Source: a virus. From it: 64,000 nt of DNA. Positions within the stretch are counted from its first letter, which is position 1, and each line of letters starts with the position of its first letter. Positions 1 through 7,957 of the stretch are shown here, piece after piece. The position numbers were made by a program, and so were the translations under genes. The notes beneath the pieces are model-generated. The model was not told where the DNA came from. It searched no databases and saw only the letters and a program-made list of their open reading frames with translations. Where the stretch lies: positions 96,001 through 160,000 of IMG/VR virus record IMGVR_UViG_3300027777_000023; one strand, given 5' to 3'.

Positions 1-953
1 ATATCATCTACAGCTCCACTCCACACACCACCGTTTTGATTCAATAGTGGGTTGGCTGCAGGATTACTGCCGTCGCCCATAGAAATAACCCTGAAAGGTG
101 CGATATCCTCGAAGCAGATAACTTCATTATATCTTTTTAGGGTCTGCAACATAAACAGATCTTCAAAGATAAACATACTAGGAGGAATAGCCTTACCATC
201 TGTGCGTATTGTGCTGGGAGTATCCAACTTCAAATGCACAAAGTTTTTTGTGTTAAACGAGAGCATTGTCTTATTAAAAACACAGTCGTAAACAACCTGG
301 GGAGTTTTCTTGCTATAGAACTTATTGTTCTTTGTGGTTACCTTTTTACCGTACTGTTGAGGGATATCCCAAAAGTACTCACTTTCACCAGTTGTTTCTT
401 CGTGACGTATTCTGATTTCTTTAGCGGGCCAATGAACCACATGAATTTTATCAACGTCATTAGCAGGCTTATCAATACACCTGTGCTCACCCTTATAACT
501 GCATTTAAGGCAGCTCATGTAATACTTGCCTTTGTTGAACTCGTAATTCTGCAGTTTATCGATATTCGACGATTTGAAACAGACCGGGCAGCTTAGATAT
601 CTATAGAACCCTTGATTTACTGTTATAAACTCATTACCATAGGCTAGTAAATTTAACCCAGCTTTTGCACATACACCCTTCCAATTAAGCTTATCAAAGA
701 TCTCAGTATATTGCTTTTTTGCTTCCTCGTCATCACATTCAATAGACAACGAAGTGATAAAGTAGTTCGCAATTCTGTTCAGTGCCTGCTTATAAAAACC
801 GTTTCTATAGAGAAAATGCTCTGCCCAAAGAAGCATGCCCTCAATGTTCATCGGCAAATACTGAAGCGGAATGTTATAAAATGGATTAGAATAACGGTCT
901 CGACCATTATCACCGATTTTAAAATAGCTTTGGGGATCTTCTGCAGTAGTCAT
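1..953 (-). CDS. Putative portal protein with Zn-ribbon insertion (partial, runs off left edge; not in supplied ORF track)
   Basis: Hand-translated from ATG at 953: MTTAEDPQSYFKIGDNGRDRYSNPFYNIPLQYLPMNIEGMLLWAEHFLYRNGFYKQALNRIANYFITSL...YLSCPVC...CLKC..., open to position 1. N-terminus resembles large-phage portal proteins as recalled from memory. Confidence 0.5.
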   Translation of the reverse strand, partial: MTTAEDPQSYFKIGDNGRDRYSNPFYNIPLQYLPMNIEGMLLWAEHFLYRNGFYKQALNRIANYFITSLSIECDDEEAKKQYTEIFDKLNWKGVCAKAGLNLLAYGNEFITVNQGFYRYLSCPVCFKSSNIDKLQNYEFNKGKYYMSCLKCSYKGEHRCIDKPANDVDKIHVVHWPAKEIRIRHEETTGESEYFWDIPQQYGKKVTTKNNKFYSKKTPQVVYDCVFNKTMLSFNTKNFVHLKLDTPSTIRTDGKAIPPSMFIFEDLFMLQTLKRYNEVICFEDIAPFRVISMGDGSNPAANPLLNQNGGVWSGAVDD

Positions 954-954
954 A

Positions 955-1116
955 TTAGTTTTCTTCTGTTAGCTCTTTGACTGCTTTTGGATTGCCTAGT
1001 TTGTGTTTGTTTTGCTCATCAGCAACCAAGAAACCGTCAGCGTCGTAATACTCAGCTTTTTTAGTGTTGTTGAAGTCACTGAGCGACTCTTCAGTCAACA
1101 TTCCGTTTTTTTCCAT
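955..1116 (-). CDS. Small hypothetical protein (53 aa) with KKAE motif
   Basis: Hand-translated MEKNGMLTEESLSDFNNTKKAEYYDADGFLVADEQNKHKLGNPKAVKELTEEN*. It fills the gap exactly between neighbouring minus-strand genes. Confidence 0.65.
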   Translation of the reverse strand: MEKNGMLTEESLSDFNNTKKAEYYDADGFLVADEQNKHKLGNPKAVKELTEEN

Positions 1117-1120
1117 AAAT

Positions 1121-1783
1121 TTATTCTTGATTTTCTTCTGGTACTTTAAATAAAATCATAAACTTTTTACTATTGACTGGCGAGTCAAAAGTAACTCCAG
1201 GATAGTATACTTCGACTCGTTCTCGTTGTGGTGTATGCAGTATCAACGTTTCACCCACCTTAGGCTCGAAAACGACAGAGTCCTCATCTTTGAAGATTAG
1301 CATATATGCTAGCTCGTGCTGTACCAAGTGCTCTACCTTAGCCTTCATTTTTCCAAATGAATTTTCAAACTGTATAGAATACTGAACTTCCTCAATTTCA
1401 GGTTGAGTTTGCGCTGCAGGGGTTGAATCGAGATACGTATTCATAGATACCTGCTTGACCTTGTTTTTCTTGCTCACTGTCTTCTTGTTTGTTTTTGTGT
1501 CTGTCTGGCTCGTTGTTCTGAGTAGTTTGCCACCACTACGCAACGCTGACTTTGTGAGCTCGTCTCCTTGTGCCTCTAGCTCACCAGCATCTCCATATAT
1601 AGAAACACCGTTGCTAAGTATCTTGGAGCCTGTGGCTGAGTAAACTGATTTAGCTGGGTCACTGCTACCGATAACCAGATCACCTGTCTTAAAAATACCA
1701 GAGTCCTGGTGCGCTTTGTGTGTATTGTCCATAATAATTTTATTGATTTTGTCTTTATATGCAGCTTGAGGTATAGTATACAT
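1121..1783 (-). CDS. Hypothetical protein (220 aa)
   Basis: ATG-started ORF tightly packed with neighbours; no recognisable motif. Confidence 0.8.
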   Translation of the reverse strand: MYTIPQAAYKDKINKIIMDNTHKAHQDSGIFKTGDLVIGSSDPAKSVYSATGSKILSNGVSIYGDAGELEAQGDELTKSALRSGGKLLRTTSQTDTKTNKKTVSKKNKVKQVSMNTYLDSTPAAQTQPEIEEVQYSIQFENSFGKMKAKVEHLVQHELAYMLIFKDEDSVVFEPKVGETLILHTPQRERVEVYYPGVTFDSPVNSKKFMILFKVPEENQE

Positions 1784-1810
1784 ACCTGATAGTAACTAAT
1801 CTACAACTCT

Positions 1811-2497
1811 ATGCCAAAAAGTATTCAACTCTATAAGCAGAGCACAATTCCTGTTCCTGGGATTTCTTCAATGAAACTCGTTGTCGAGGCTCGTAACAAT
1901 CAAGAAATGACCGACAAGATTTTTGTGTATCAACGTATAAAAAATTTCGCATTGGGTGATTTTGAGGATACTTTTGTGGCTGTATGTACTCCCACACAAC
2001 TAGAAGATTTTGGTGAAAATTCTCCATCTGAGGGTTCGTCATACTATAGGTCTAATCGTGTTGAGCTTGTGGGAAGAACACCGGAAATGCTGCAAACTGT
2101 TTTTGAGTCTCTGCTTTTTGAGGTGAAGAAATTAGTTGTTGATCTTACTGATATGGATAGTTTGACGCAAGCTGAAATTTACAACATCAGTGCAATCGGT
2201 CCTGTGACCACTGCCGCGACAGAACCATCCGTTAATAATATATCCGCCGAGGCCACTAGTTTGTCACTCTTTTTTTCACGTCCTTCGGATGATGGTGGGT
2301 CTGCAGTACGGAACTATCAATATAGTCTTAATAATGGTGATGTGTGGATTACCAGGACGCCAACAAGTAACGCAAGTCCGTTAAGAATTACAGGGCTCGC
2401 CCCAGAAACCGCATACACGGTAATAATTCGCGCAATTACTTCATTTGGTTATGGTAGGCAGTCAAGTCCACAAGCAGCAACAACATTGGCTTTGTAA
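1811..2497 (+). CDS. Protein with C-terminal fibronectin type III domain (probable virion/structural)
   Basis: FN3 pattern LFFSRPSDDGGSAVRNYQYS...ITGLAPETAYTVIIRAITSFGYG. Confidence 0.75.
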   Translation: MPKSIQLYKQSTIPVPGISSMKLVVEARNNQEMTDKIFVYQRIKNFALGDFEDTFVAVCTPTQLEDFGENSPSEGSSYYRSNRVELVGRTPEMLQTVFESLLFEVKKLVVDLTDMDSLTQAEIYNISAIGPVTTAATEPSVNNISAEATSLSLFFSRPSDDGGSAVRNYQYSLNNGDVWITRTPTSNASPLRITGLAPETAYTVIIRAITSFGYGRQSSPQAATTLAL

Positions 2498-2584
2498 AAA
2501 GTTTACGAAAGTGCAAATTTTCCCTGTAAAAATTGTCTCGAGAAGGTATATATATCTAGTACGGGAAGATCTCTAAACTCAAAT

Positions 2585-2619
2585 CCGTACAATTTCAAAA
2601 AGTGGCTGAAATTGTACGG
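2585..2619. other. Perfect 13-bp inverted repeat (hairpin/operator) in intergenic region
   Basis: CCGTACAATTTCA (2585-2597), 9-nt loop, TGAAATTGTACGG (2607-2619); no following U-tract. Confidence 0.7.
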
Positions 2620-2703
2620 GTATTGTACAAGTTATAAATAACTTAACTTAAAAGAGTTACAAAGATTTTCAAGTAAAAGACAAGTAACAAGGAAAAATTA
2701 AAA

Positions 2704-4197
2704 ATGACCAGATCACACATTATTCAGCAGTGCGTAAAGCTAAAGCAGCAGAAAAAGGGCATTGTCCCGTTTTTGAAAAAGCACGGGTATTCAGATAGAG
2801 AGATTGAAAATTTTAAAGTAGAGCTCCGGGGTGACCAGATTGAAGAGCTTCCTCGTAGGAACGTGCTCAATGACGATGTATTGGGTAAGACTGAATGGAA
2901 GAGTGACCTGAAGTTTACAGAGAAGTATGTATACAACAAAGAAACAGATAAGTACGTAATCTATCTAAAAGCTGCCAACGGTAACATCGTACTGAGTGGT
3001 GACATTGTCCGCAGTCTTGTAGAAAACTATTCCAATTGGTACGGTAAAGAACACAGCATCAACGAGATTTGCAGAAATTACAAAATCCCGCGCAACTATT
3101 TTAACGAACTAAAAGACATCCTGGGCATTACCCACGACTCAGAACCCATTACAAACGAAGAACTTCTTGAGCGTGATGTAGATGAGATTACTGAAGATCT
3201 ACTGCAAAAAAAGAAGTTTCAGCTATATCAGCAGTTCCAGAAACGTAGCTGGGAACAAACGCAAGATGCAGCAGACAAGTGGTTCAAGATGCAGGTGGGT
3301 GTGTATGACCCCTTCACAGAGTTTCTCAACAACTGGGAACCTCCGGTATATTTACCCATCAGGTATTCTGGACCAGCTAAAAGCAAATCCTCAGGCAAGA
3401 CCCTACTTGTAGGCCTATCCGACATTCACTTTGGTGCCAAGACTAATGCTCGCGAGTCTTATAGAGGTAAAGGCTATAGCACTGAAGAAGCTGTTGAATG
3501 TCTCCAGACATATAGTGAGAATATTAAAGACCTGGTGGAAGAAAGATGCTATACTTTCGACTCCTGCCTAATTGCGTCTCTTGGCGACATCCTGCATACA
3601 ACTGGTGCTGGATTTACAACCAAAGGCACTATGCTTGTACACGACTGTATCAAAGAAGAACAGTTTAACTTTGCTTTCGACAGTATAGTACGGTTCATCT
3701 CAGACATGCTCTCATTGTTTCCTAGAGTCGATGTGAAGAGCGTTAAAGGTAACCACAACGACTTTGGTGATTATGTACTGTTCAAGGCTATCGGTGCTTA
3801 CTTCAGATCTGAGCCAAGAATCTCATTTGATAACTTCCAAACAGACCACGGCCTGTTCAAAGTAAACAAATGCTTGTTTATTATCTCGCATGGCTACAGC
3901 GCTGAATACAAGGGTCGTCTTCCTGCTGCAGGTAAGGCTCGTGAAAGCTATATCACAAACTTGTTCTTGTCTAAACCTGAAGAACTCATCGGCGTTAATC
4001 AAAAAGTTCTTCTTACCGCAGATCAGCACCATCTAGAGATGCGCGAGTATGCCGAATTCGAGCATTATATGCTCAGCACAGCCGTTCGTGGTGACAAACA
4101 CTCTGAAGCTATGGGAATGAACAATAAGGCCCGGCAAAGCTGCTTTGTGATCGGTAATGAAGGTATCAAAGAAATCTTGTATTGCTACAGTAAGTAA
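2704..4197 (+). CDS. Calcineurin-like metallophosphoesterase with helical N-terminal region
   Basis: Motifs in order: GLSDIHFG, LGDILH, GNHND, SHG, DQHH. Confidence 0.85.
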   Translation: MTRSHIIQQCVKLKQQKKGIVPFLKKHGYSDREIENFKVELRGDQIEELPRRNVLNDDVLGKTEWKSDLKFTEKYVYNKETDKYVIYLKAANGNIVLSGDIVRSLVENYSNWYGKEHSINEICRNYKIPRNYFNELKDILGITHDSEPITNEELLERDVDEITEDLLQKKKFQLYQQFQKRSWEQTQDAADKWFKMQVGVYDPFTEFLNNWEPPVYLPIRYSGPAKSKSSGKTLLVGLSDIHFGAKTNARESYRGKGYSTEEAVECLQTYSENIKDLVEERCYTFDSCLIASLGDILHTTGAGFTTKGTMLVHDCIKEEQFNFAFDSIVRFISDMLSLFPRVDVKSVKGNHNDFGDYVLFKAIGAYFRSEPRISFDNFQTDHGLFKVNKCLFIISHGYSAEYKGRLPAAGKARESYITNLFLSKPEELIGVNQKVLLTADQHHLEMREYAEFEHYMLSTAVRGDKHSEAMGMNNKARQSCFVIGNEGIKEILYCYSK

Positions 4198-4198
4198 C

Positions 4199-4642
4199 AT
4201 GAAAATTTATAGCACACTTCTAGCTTCATTATTTGCTTCAAGTTTACTGTTTGCTGGGGCCGCCGCCGATAAATCAAAATCGGTGGTGCCTGGCTATGGA
4301 TTAAAGCTTGGATTAGAAAGCTATCTCACCAGCACCACTGGTGTGTTATCTCCAGCACAGATCATTAACACGCCGATAGGCTCAATGATAAAGATCTATC
4401 GAACTGATGGTTTCTGCTATCAAGGACAGGTAACACAGATCGAAGAAACTGATGAACATTTCAAAATATATGGCACGATAACTAATGTACCCAACACAGG
4501 ATTTGGGTTTGCTCTAGCTAAAGGAGGAATATTTGCTGGAGCTGTTGTTGAAAGAAATGATTCAAAGGTGTACACAGTAGAATTTAGTGAGTTGCACAAA
4601 GGTTATGTGTTTGTGCGTTCAACAAAACACGAAAGAATCTAG
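4199..4642 (+). CDS. Secreted hypothetical protein
   Basis: ATG at 4199 (ORF track starts upstream); signal peptide MKIYSTLLASLFASSLLFAGAAA. Confidence 0.7.
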   Translation: MKIYSTLLASLFASSLLFAGAAADKSKSVVPGYGLKLGLESYLTSTTGVLSPAQIINTPIGSMIKIYRTDGFCYQGQVTQIEETDEHFKIYGTITNVPNTGFGFALAKGGIFAGAVVERNDSKVYTVEFSELHKGYVFVRSTKHERI

Positions 4643-4664
4643 GTGATATTTTTAGGGTTATTTT

Positions 4665-4680
4665 TGGTATAATATATTGA
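4665..4680 (+). promoter_or_regulatory. Extended -10 promoter TGGTATAATATATTGA
   Basis: TGnTATAAT plus conserved tail; identical 16-mer at 33579 and 37171. Confidence 0.75.
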
Positions 4681-4715
4681 GGGAGCTACAACTAGCTTTC
4701 ACAACTAACCCTAAT

Positions 4716-4928
4716 ATGAAAACAAAAGAACAAGCCGTCCTTAAACCACATGATTCCCAACCCACCCAAAAAACGCAAGCAATTGCGTACTGGTGTGTAG
4801 TGATTATAGATCTACTAACTATCAAGTACGCAAGTACTAACTTTTGGGAAAGTATATTACTGCTGTGCCTTGGAGGCACAAGTGCAGTGCTCATGCTGCA
4901 GTCGGCGTCAATTTGGAGAAAAGAATGA
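4716..4928 (+). CDS. Small membrane protein
   Basis: ATG at 4716 downstream of promoter; two hydrophobic segments. Confidence 0.6.
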   Translation: MKTKEQAVLKPHDSQPTQKTQAIAYWCVVIIDLLTIKYASTNFWESILLLCLGGTSAVLMLQSASIWRKE

Positions 4929-4932
4929 CCAT

Positions 4933-5190
4933 ATGATCTCAGCAAAGTATTATACGAAAGACCATCACAAGGACAGGCGGAAAGCCGTAAGAATGGGAGG
5001 GATGTTCAAATTCCCTTCCAACAGTTCTAGGGAGGAAACACTAAAACAGCTGGAGATAGCCAGTGCGCTAATTAACAGCCTGTTTGATGACGATACCATC
5101 ACCAGAGAAATTCGATTTATCTGGACAATAGATGGGGTCGAATTAAAGACTGAATACAGTCTGCCAGAATCGTTGGAGTTATTTAGATAA
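4933..5190 (+). CDS. Hypothetical protein (85 aa)
   Basis: ATG at 4933; ORF ends just before the tRNA. Confidence 0.65.
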   Translation: MISAKYYTKDHHKDRRKAVRMGGMFKFPSNSSREETLKQLEIASALINSLFDDDTITREIRFIWTIDGVELKTEYSLPESLELFR

Positions 5191-5197
5191 ATTAAAT

Positions 5198-5274
5198 GCA
5201 CCTGTAGCTCAGTCGGATAGAGCAACGGATTTCTAATCCGTCGGTCGTTGGTTCGAATCCAACCAGGTGCACCA
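5198..5274 (+). tRNA. trnR: tRNA-Arg(UCU)
   Basis: Acceptor GCACCTG/CAGGTGC, D-arm TAGCTCAGTCGGATAGAGC, anticodon arm ACGGA-TTTCTAA-TCCGT, T-loop GGTTCGAATCC, encoded CCA. Confidence 0.97.
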
Positions 5275-5285
5275 ATTTAAAATTT

Positions 5286-5957
5286 ATGGATAACCACGAA
5301 ATGGTCATCCAGAGCACAGAGAAGCGTGAGTCACATAAAAGGATTAACGCTTTTTTTATGCCTTGGATAGACTTCTATTTCGGTAAGGGAGCTACAATAG
5401 CGACCATGCCGGCCCAGTCAGGAATACAGGAAACAGAGCTACTCAATCACATCGAGCATCTTGAATCCTGCAAAAAGAAAGCTGGTCGAATAAAGTTTCT
5501 AACTTTCGACCGAGAGTTATCCGCAAAAGAAACAAACATACATTGCCACCACAACGGCAGAGTATGGCAGCATCATATAGATGATGTTTTTGCGGGATTG
5601 TTAAAATACTCGTCGCTAGATAATCATGCGGTGTGGTTCGACCTTACTGGAGGTCTTTCAGACAAGAATCTGGAAGGCGTCTCTAAGTGTGTGGCCAAGC
5701 TCTTCAAACCGGGCAGTCTGTTGTTCATGACTTTCCAGATACATGCCGTAAGGTGTTTATCAAGGAATGAAACGTTGCAGACATATCAGAGCACAGCAAA
5801 CACCCCAACGGGTAATGTTGTGCACACCGAAACGTTGATTGAACACGCAGTGAAAAGACAAACAGGCAAAAGCCTCGTCAGGCTAATGCCTACGTACACA
5901 TACAAACGGGACGAAAGTCCCACCACTTGGGGAGTATTCGGTTATATAGTAAAATAA
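5286..5957 (+). CDS. Hypothetical protein, possibly class I SAM-methyltransferase-like fold
   Basis: Pattern IATMPAQSG / FLTFDRE / AVWFDLTG / LFKPGSLLFMTF resembles degenerate Rossmann MTase strands. Confidence 0.45.
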   Translation: MDNHEMVIQSTEKRESHKRINAFFMPWIDFYFGKGATIATMPAQSGIQETELLNHIEHLESCKKKAGRIKFLTFDRELSAKETNIHCHHNGRVWQHHIDDVFAGLLKYSSLDNHAVWFDLTGGLSDKNLEGVSKCVAKLFKPGSLLFMTFQIHAVRCLSRNETLQTYQSTANTPTGNVVHTETLIEHAVKRQTGKSLVRLMPTYTYKRDESPTTWGVFGYIVK

Positions 5958-5960
5958 GTT

Positions 5961-6524
5961 ATGAATAATATATTCAAAGTAATGGGTGTCGGGATTCCAA
6001 ATCATCAGATGGAGAAACCGGGAGACTATCTGGGAGCGTCAATGCTTCAAGAGCAACTCGAAAAGTATTCAGCGTTGCTAAAACAGCTCAGCGAGGAGAT
6101 GGGTATCTTCAGGGACGCTGAGCAGCGGGCTCGAGCAGCAAAACTTGTTGTAGCGAGTAAATTCACAGCAGTTGAAAGGCTGCTGAATCAAACTCAAGCA
6201 GCCGTAGCTATCTTGAGTGGGGAGGAACCACCAGCAGCAATACCAACACCTGCCGCAAAGGTGCAAGTGGTGTATAAAGAAGGAACACAAAAACGCTTTG
6301 CGCGAAGAGGTCCCATGGACGTGTCACAGGCGGTGCAGGATCTGGGTGGGTCCGCGCGCACCACCGAGATACTGAATAGGATGGCGACCAACATGGGTTG
6401 CTCATGGACATGTGCCCGCAATGTGTTCTACACCTACAAGTCGACAGTGCTATTATCTTGTAATGGTGTAGGTGACAACTCGTCGGTAGGCTGGAAACTA
6501 AAGGAGGAATATGCGAACAATTAA
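5961..6524 (+). CDS. Hypothetical protein (N-terminal coiled coil)
   Basis: ATG ORF of 187 aa in a co-oriented run of genes. Confidence 0.75.
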   Translation: MNNIFKVMGVGIPNHQMEKPGDYLGASMLQEQLEKYSALLKQLSEEMGIFRDAEQRARAAKLVVASKFTAVERLLNQTQAAVAILSGEEPPAAIPTPAAKVQVVYKEGTQKRFARRGPMDVSQAVQDLGGSARTTEILNRMATNMGCSWTCARNVFYTYKSTVLLSCNGVGDNSSVGWKLKEEYANN

Positions 6525-6801
6525 CATAGCAAGTATGCTAATAATAGTGACAGTCGTCGCTAGCCTTGGTCTATCCTCAAATAAGCCTGCTGTTGTTAAT
6601 GGCCGAACTCAATCGTCAACCGTGGGGTATTGCCCGGCTGAGGCGGTTGCAACGGTTGACGATACCAAAAGCGATCGGTGGGACAGTGAATATATTCACT
6701 GTAAGATATGCTGGCAAGGAGCGTTATTACCCGATAGTACAGGGGTAGTCCGCTGCTCCTATTGCGGAAAGCCGCAAAAGAAAGAAATTGCAGCAAACTA
6801 G
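6511..6801 (+). CDS. Small exported/membrane protein with C-terminal Zn-ribbon
   Basis: N-terminal hydrophobic helix; CKIC...CSYC. Confidence 0.65.
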   Translation: MRTINIASMLIIVTVVASLGLSSNKPAVVNGRTQSSTVGYCPAEAVATVDDTKSDRWDSEYIHCKICWQGALLPDSTGVVRCSYCGKPQKKEIAAN

Positions 6802-6826
6802 CTGTTCCCCTCCCCCACCCCTGAAC

Positions 6827-6875
6827 AGAAAGAAGCCATTCGCCTAGAGATAGGTTGGGTGGCTTCTTTTTTAGC
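6827..6875 (+). terminator. Intrinsic terminator ending in TTTTTTAGCT
   Basis: AAGAAGCCATT...GGTGGCTTCTT stem followed by U-tract. Confidence 0.8.
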
Positions 6876-6880
6876 TATCA

Positions 6881-6945
6881 GGTACCCCCCCTCCCCTCCC
6901 CCAGGGTATAAATAGGTAGGTGTGTGGTATAATACTTTGAATCAG
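6881..6945 (+). promoter_or_regulatory. Cassette promoter 1: GGTACC-polyC, TATAAATAG-N9-TGGTATAATACTTTGAATCAG
   Basis: Same architecture and spacing at 7426-7476 and 13402-13456. Confidence 0.8.
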
Positions 6946-7416
6946 AGTTGTGTAGATATAGCGTAAAACCTATATTTATATTAACCGGCAATGATTCGCT
7001 GCGTATTCCCCGGCACGAGGATACAGCTAGGGTTAAGCTAGATCTCTGTATGTACAAGCAGAGAAGCCCGGTCGGTCGTCCCTGCCAGACACATAACAAT
7101 GGTTCCACTCGTGGCAGGAGAGTGAAACCAAAACCCTCACCCATGGGTGGGTCACCTATTAGGTGACCCAAGGGTCGCGCCAAGTTGACAAGCCAGGGTC
7201 TTCAATTACAGTTTAATCAGCTATAGCAAACCTCGAGGCGGCGAGAGAGGCTATAGTATGATCTGTAATTATGAAAAGTAGCTGAAAGGCTCACCTAGCT
7301 AAAGATGGACAAGATACATCTAAAAACCCGGATTAAGGGCTAACAATCCTTATGGGCTAAAATCTTCAACCGATAAATGGTCGGCAATGGAGTAAAAGCG
7401 TTAACGCGCTTTTTTT
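6940..7416 (+). ncRNA. Candidate large structured ncRNA with RNase P RNA-like landmarks
   Basis: Own promoter and terminator, no credible ORF, many nested stems (e.g. GGGTCACC/GGTGACCC 7149-7169; TTCAATTACAG 7201 with CTGTAATTATGAA 7263; CTATAGC/GCTATAG). Confidence is for ncRNA; RNase P identity is lower (~0.4). Confidence 0.7.
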
Positions 7417-7420
7417 AGCT
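7394..7420 (+). terminator. Intrinsic terminator ending in TTTTTTAGCT
   Basis: AAAAGCG-TTAACG-CGCTTTT plus U-tract. Confidence 0.65.
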
Positions 7421-7425
7421 ATCGG

Positions 7426-7500
7426 GTACCCCCCCTGTATAAATAGTAGTTTGAGTGGTATAATACTTTGAATCAGCGGCCAGTAACTGCTGATAGTTTT
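7426..7500 (+). promoter_or_regulatory. Cassette promoter 2 with hairpin leader
   Basis: polyC, TATAAATAG-N9-TGGTATAATACTTTGA; 7456-7500 is identical (45 nt) to 13436-13480. Confidence 0.85.
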
Positions 7501-7508
7501 TGTTTGTT

Positions 7509-7835
7509 ATGAAAAAATTCAGAGACATCATGGTTCTTAAACAAGTCAAAGAAGTAGTCTGCCACCTCGGCCGGCCATTGGGCAAGGCGTATTCACTCGA
7601 ATATACCCCCCACGGGGTAGTGTTGAGGCGCAGTGATGACTTGGTCTGGCGCTCAGAAGAGAGCCAGATCGAGAAAGTCAAGGAAGCGCTGCAGTCACCA
7701 CAAGGTCTCAAGGTTGAGATCTTGGTGGATGGCTGCGATGAACCAGTTTACACCCCTCCCGACTGGAGTTGGTGTCAGGCGGAGCTGGAGGAGGCAGACC
7801 TTGTAGAGCTGGATCACATGCCTAGTGCATGGTGA
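7509..7835 (+). CDS. Hypothetical protein (108 aa), single-gene cassette
   Basis: ATG at 7509 between promoter 2 and a terminator. Confidence 0.75.
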   Translation: MKKFRDIMVLKQVKEVVCHLGRPLGKAYSLEYTPHGVVLRRSDDLVWRSEESQIEKVKEALQSPQGLKVEILVDGCDEPVYTPPDWSWCQAELEEADLVELDHMPSAW

Positions 7836-7855
7836 TAGCTCATTGCAGGGAGGCG

Positions 7856-7895
7856 GCAGTATTGGGTTCAATCCCCAGTACTGCTTTTTTTAGCT
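7856..7895 (+). terminator. Intrinsic terminator ending in TTTTTTAGCT
   Basis: GCAGTATTGGG-TTCAATC-CCCAGTACTGC plus T7. Confidence 0.85.
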
Positions 7896-7900
7896 ATCAG

Positions 7901-7957
7901 GTACCCCCCTCCCCTCCCCCCATGGTTAAACCAGCTATATAGTGGGATAATACTTTG
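7901..7957 (+). promoter_or_regulatory. Cassette promoter 3 (variant -10 GATAAT), leaderless
   Basis: GGTACC-polyC tract as at 6881; TGGGATAATACTTTG directly followed by ATG at 7958. Confidence 0.7.

Noticed and set aside
6948-7166. 72-aa ORF (and antisense 101-aa ORF) within the candidate ncRNA
   Set aside because: Non-ATG start, no protein-like features, and it covers only part of a transcription unit dominated by paired stems; cannot be fully excluded without Ribo-seq.
6940-7416. tmRNA, group I/II intron or twister ribozyme identity for the ncRNA
   Set aside because: No GGGG/CCA tRNA-like ends, no group I P7 or group II domain V motif, no flanking exons; only a short AAxCCCGG resemblance to twister.
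7833-7884. tRNA remnant (TAGCTCA...GGTTCAATCCC)
   Set aside because: No acceptor stem or anticodon arm; the T-loop-like sequence is simply the loop of a terminator hairpin.
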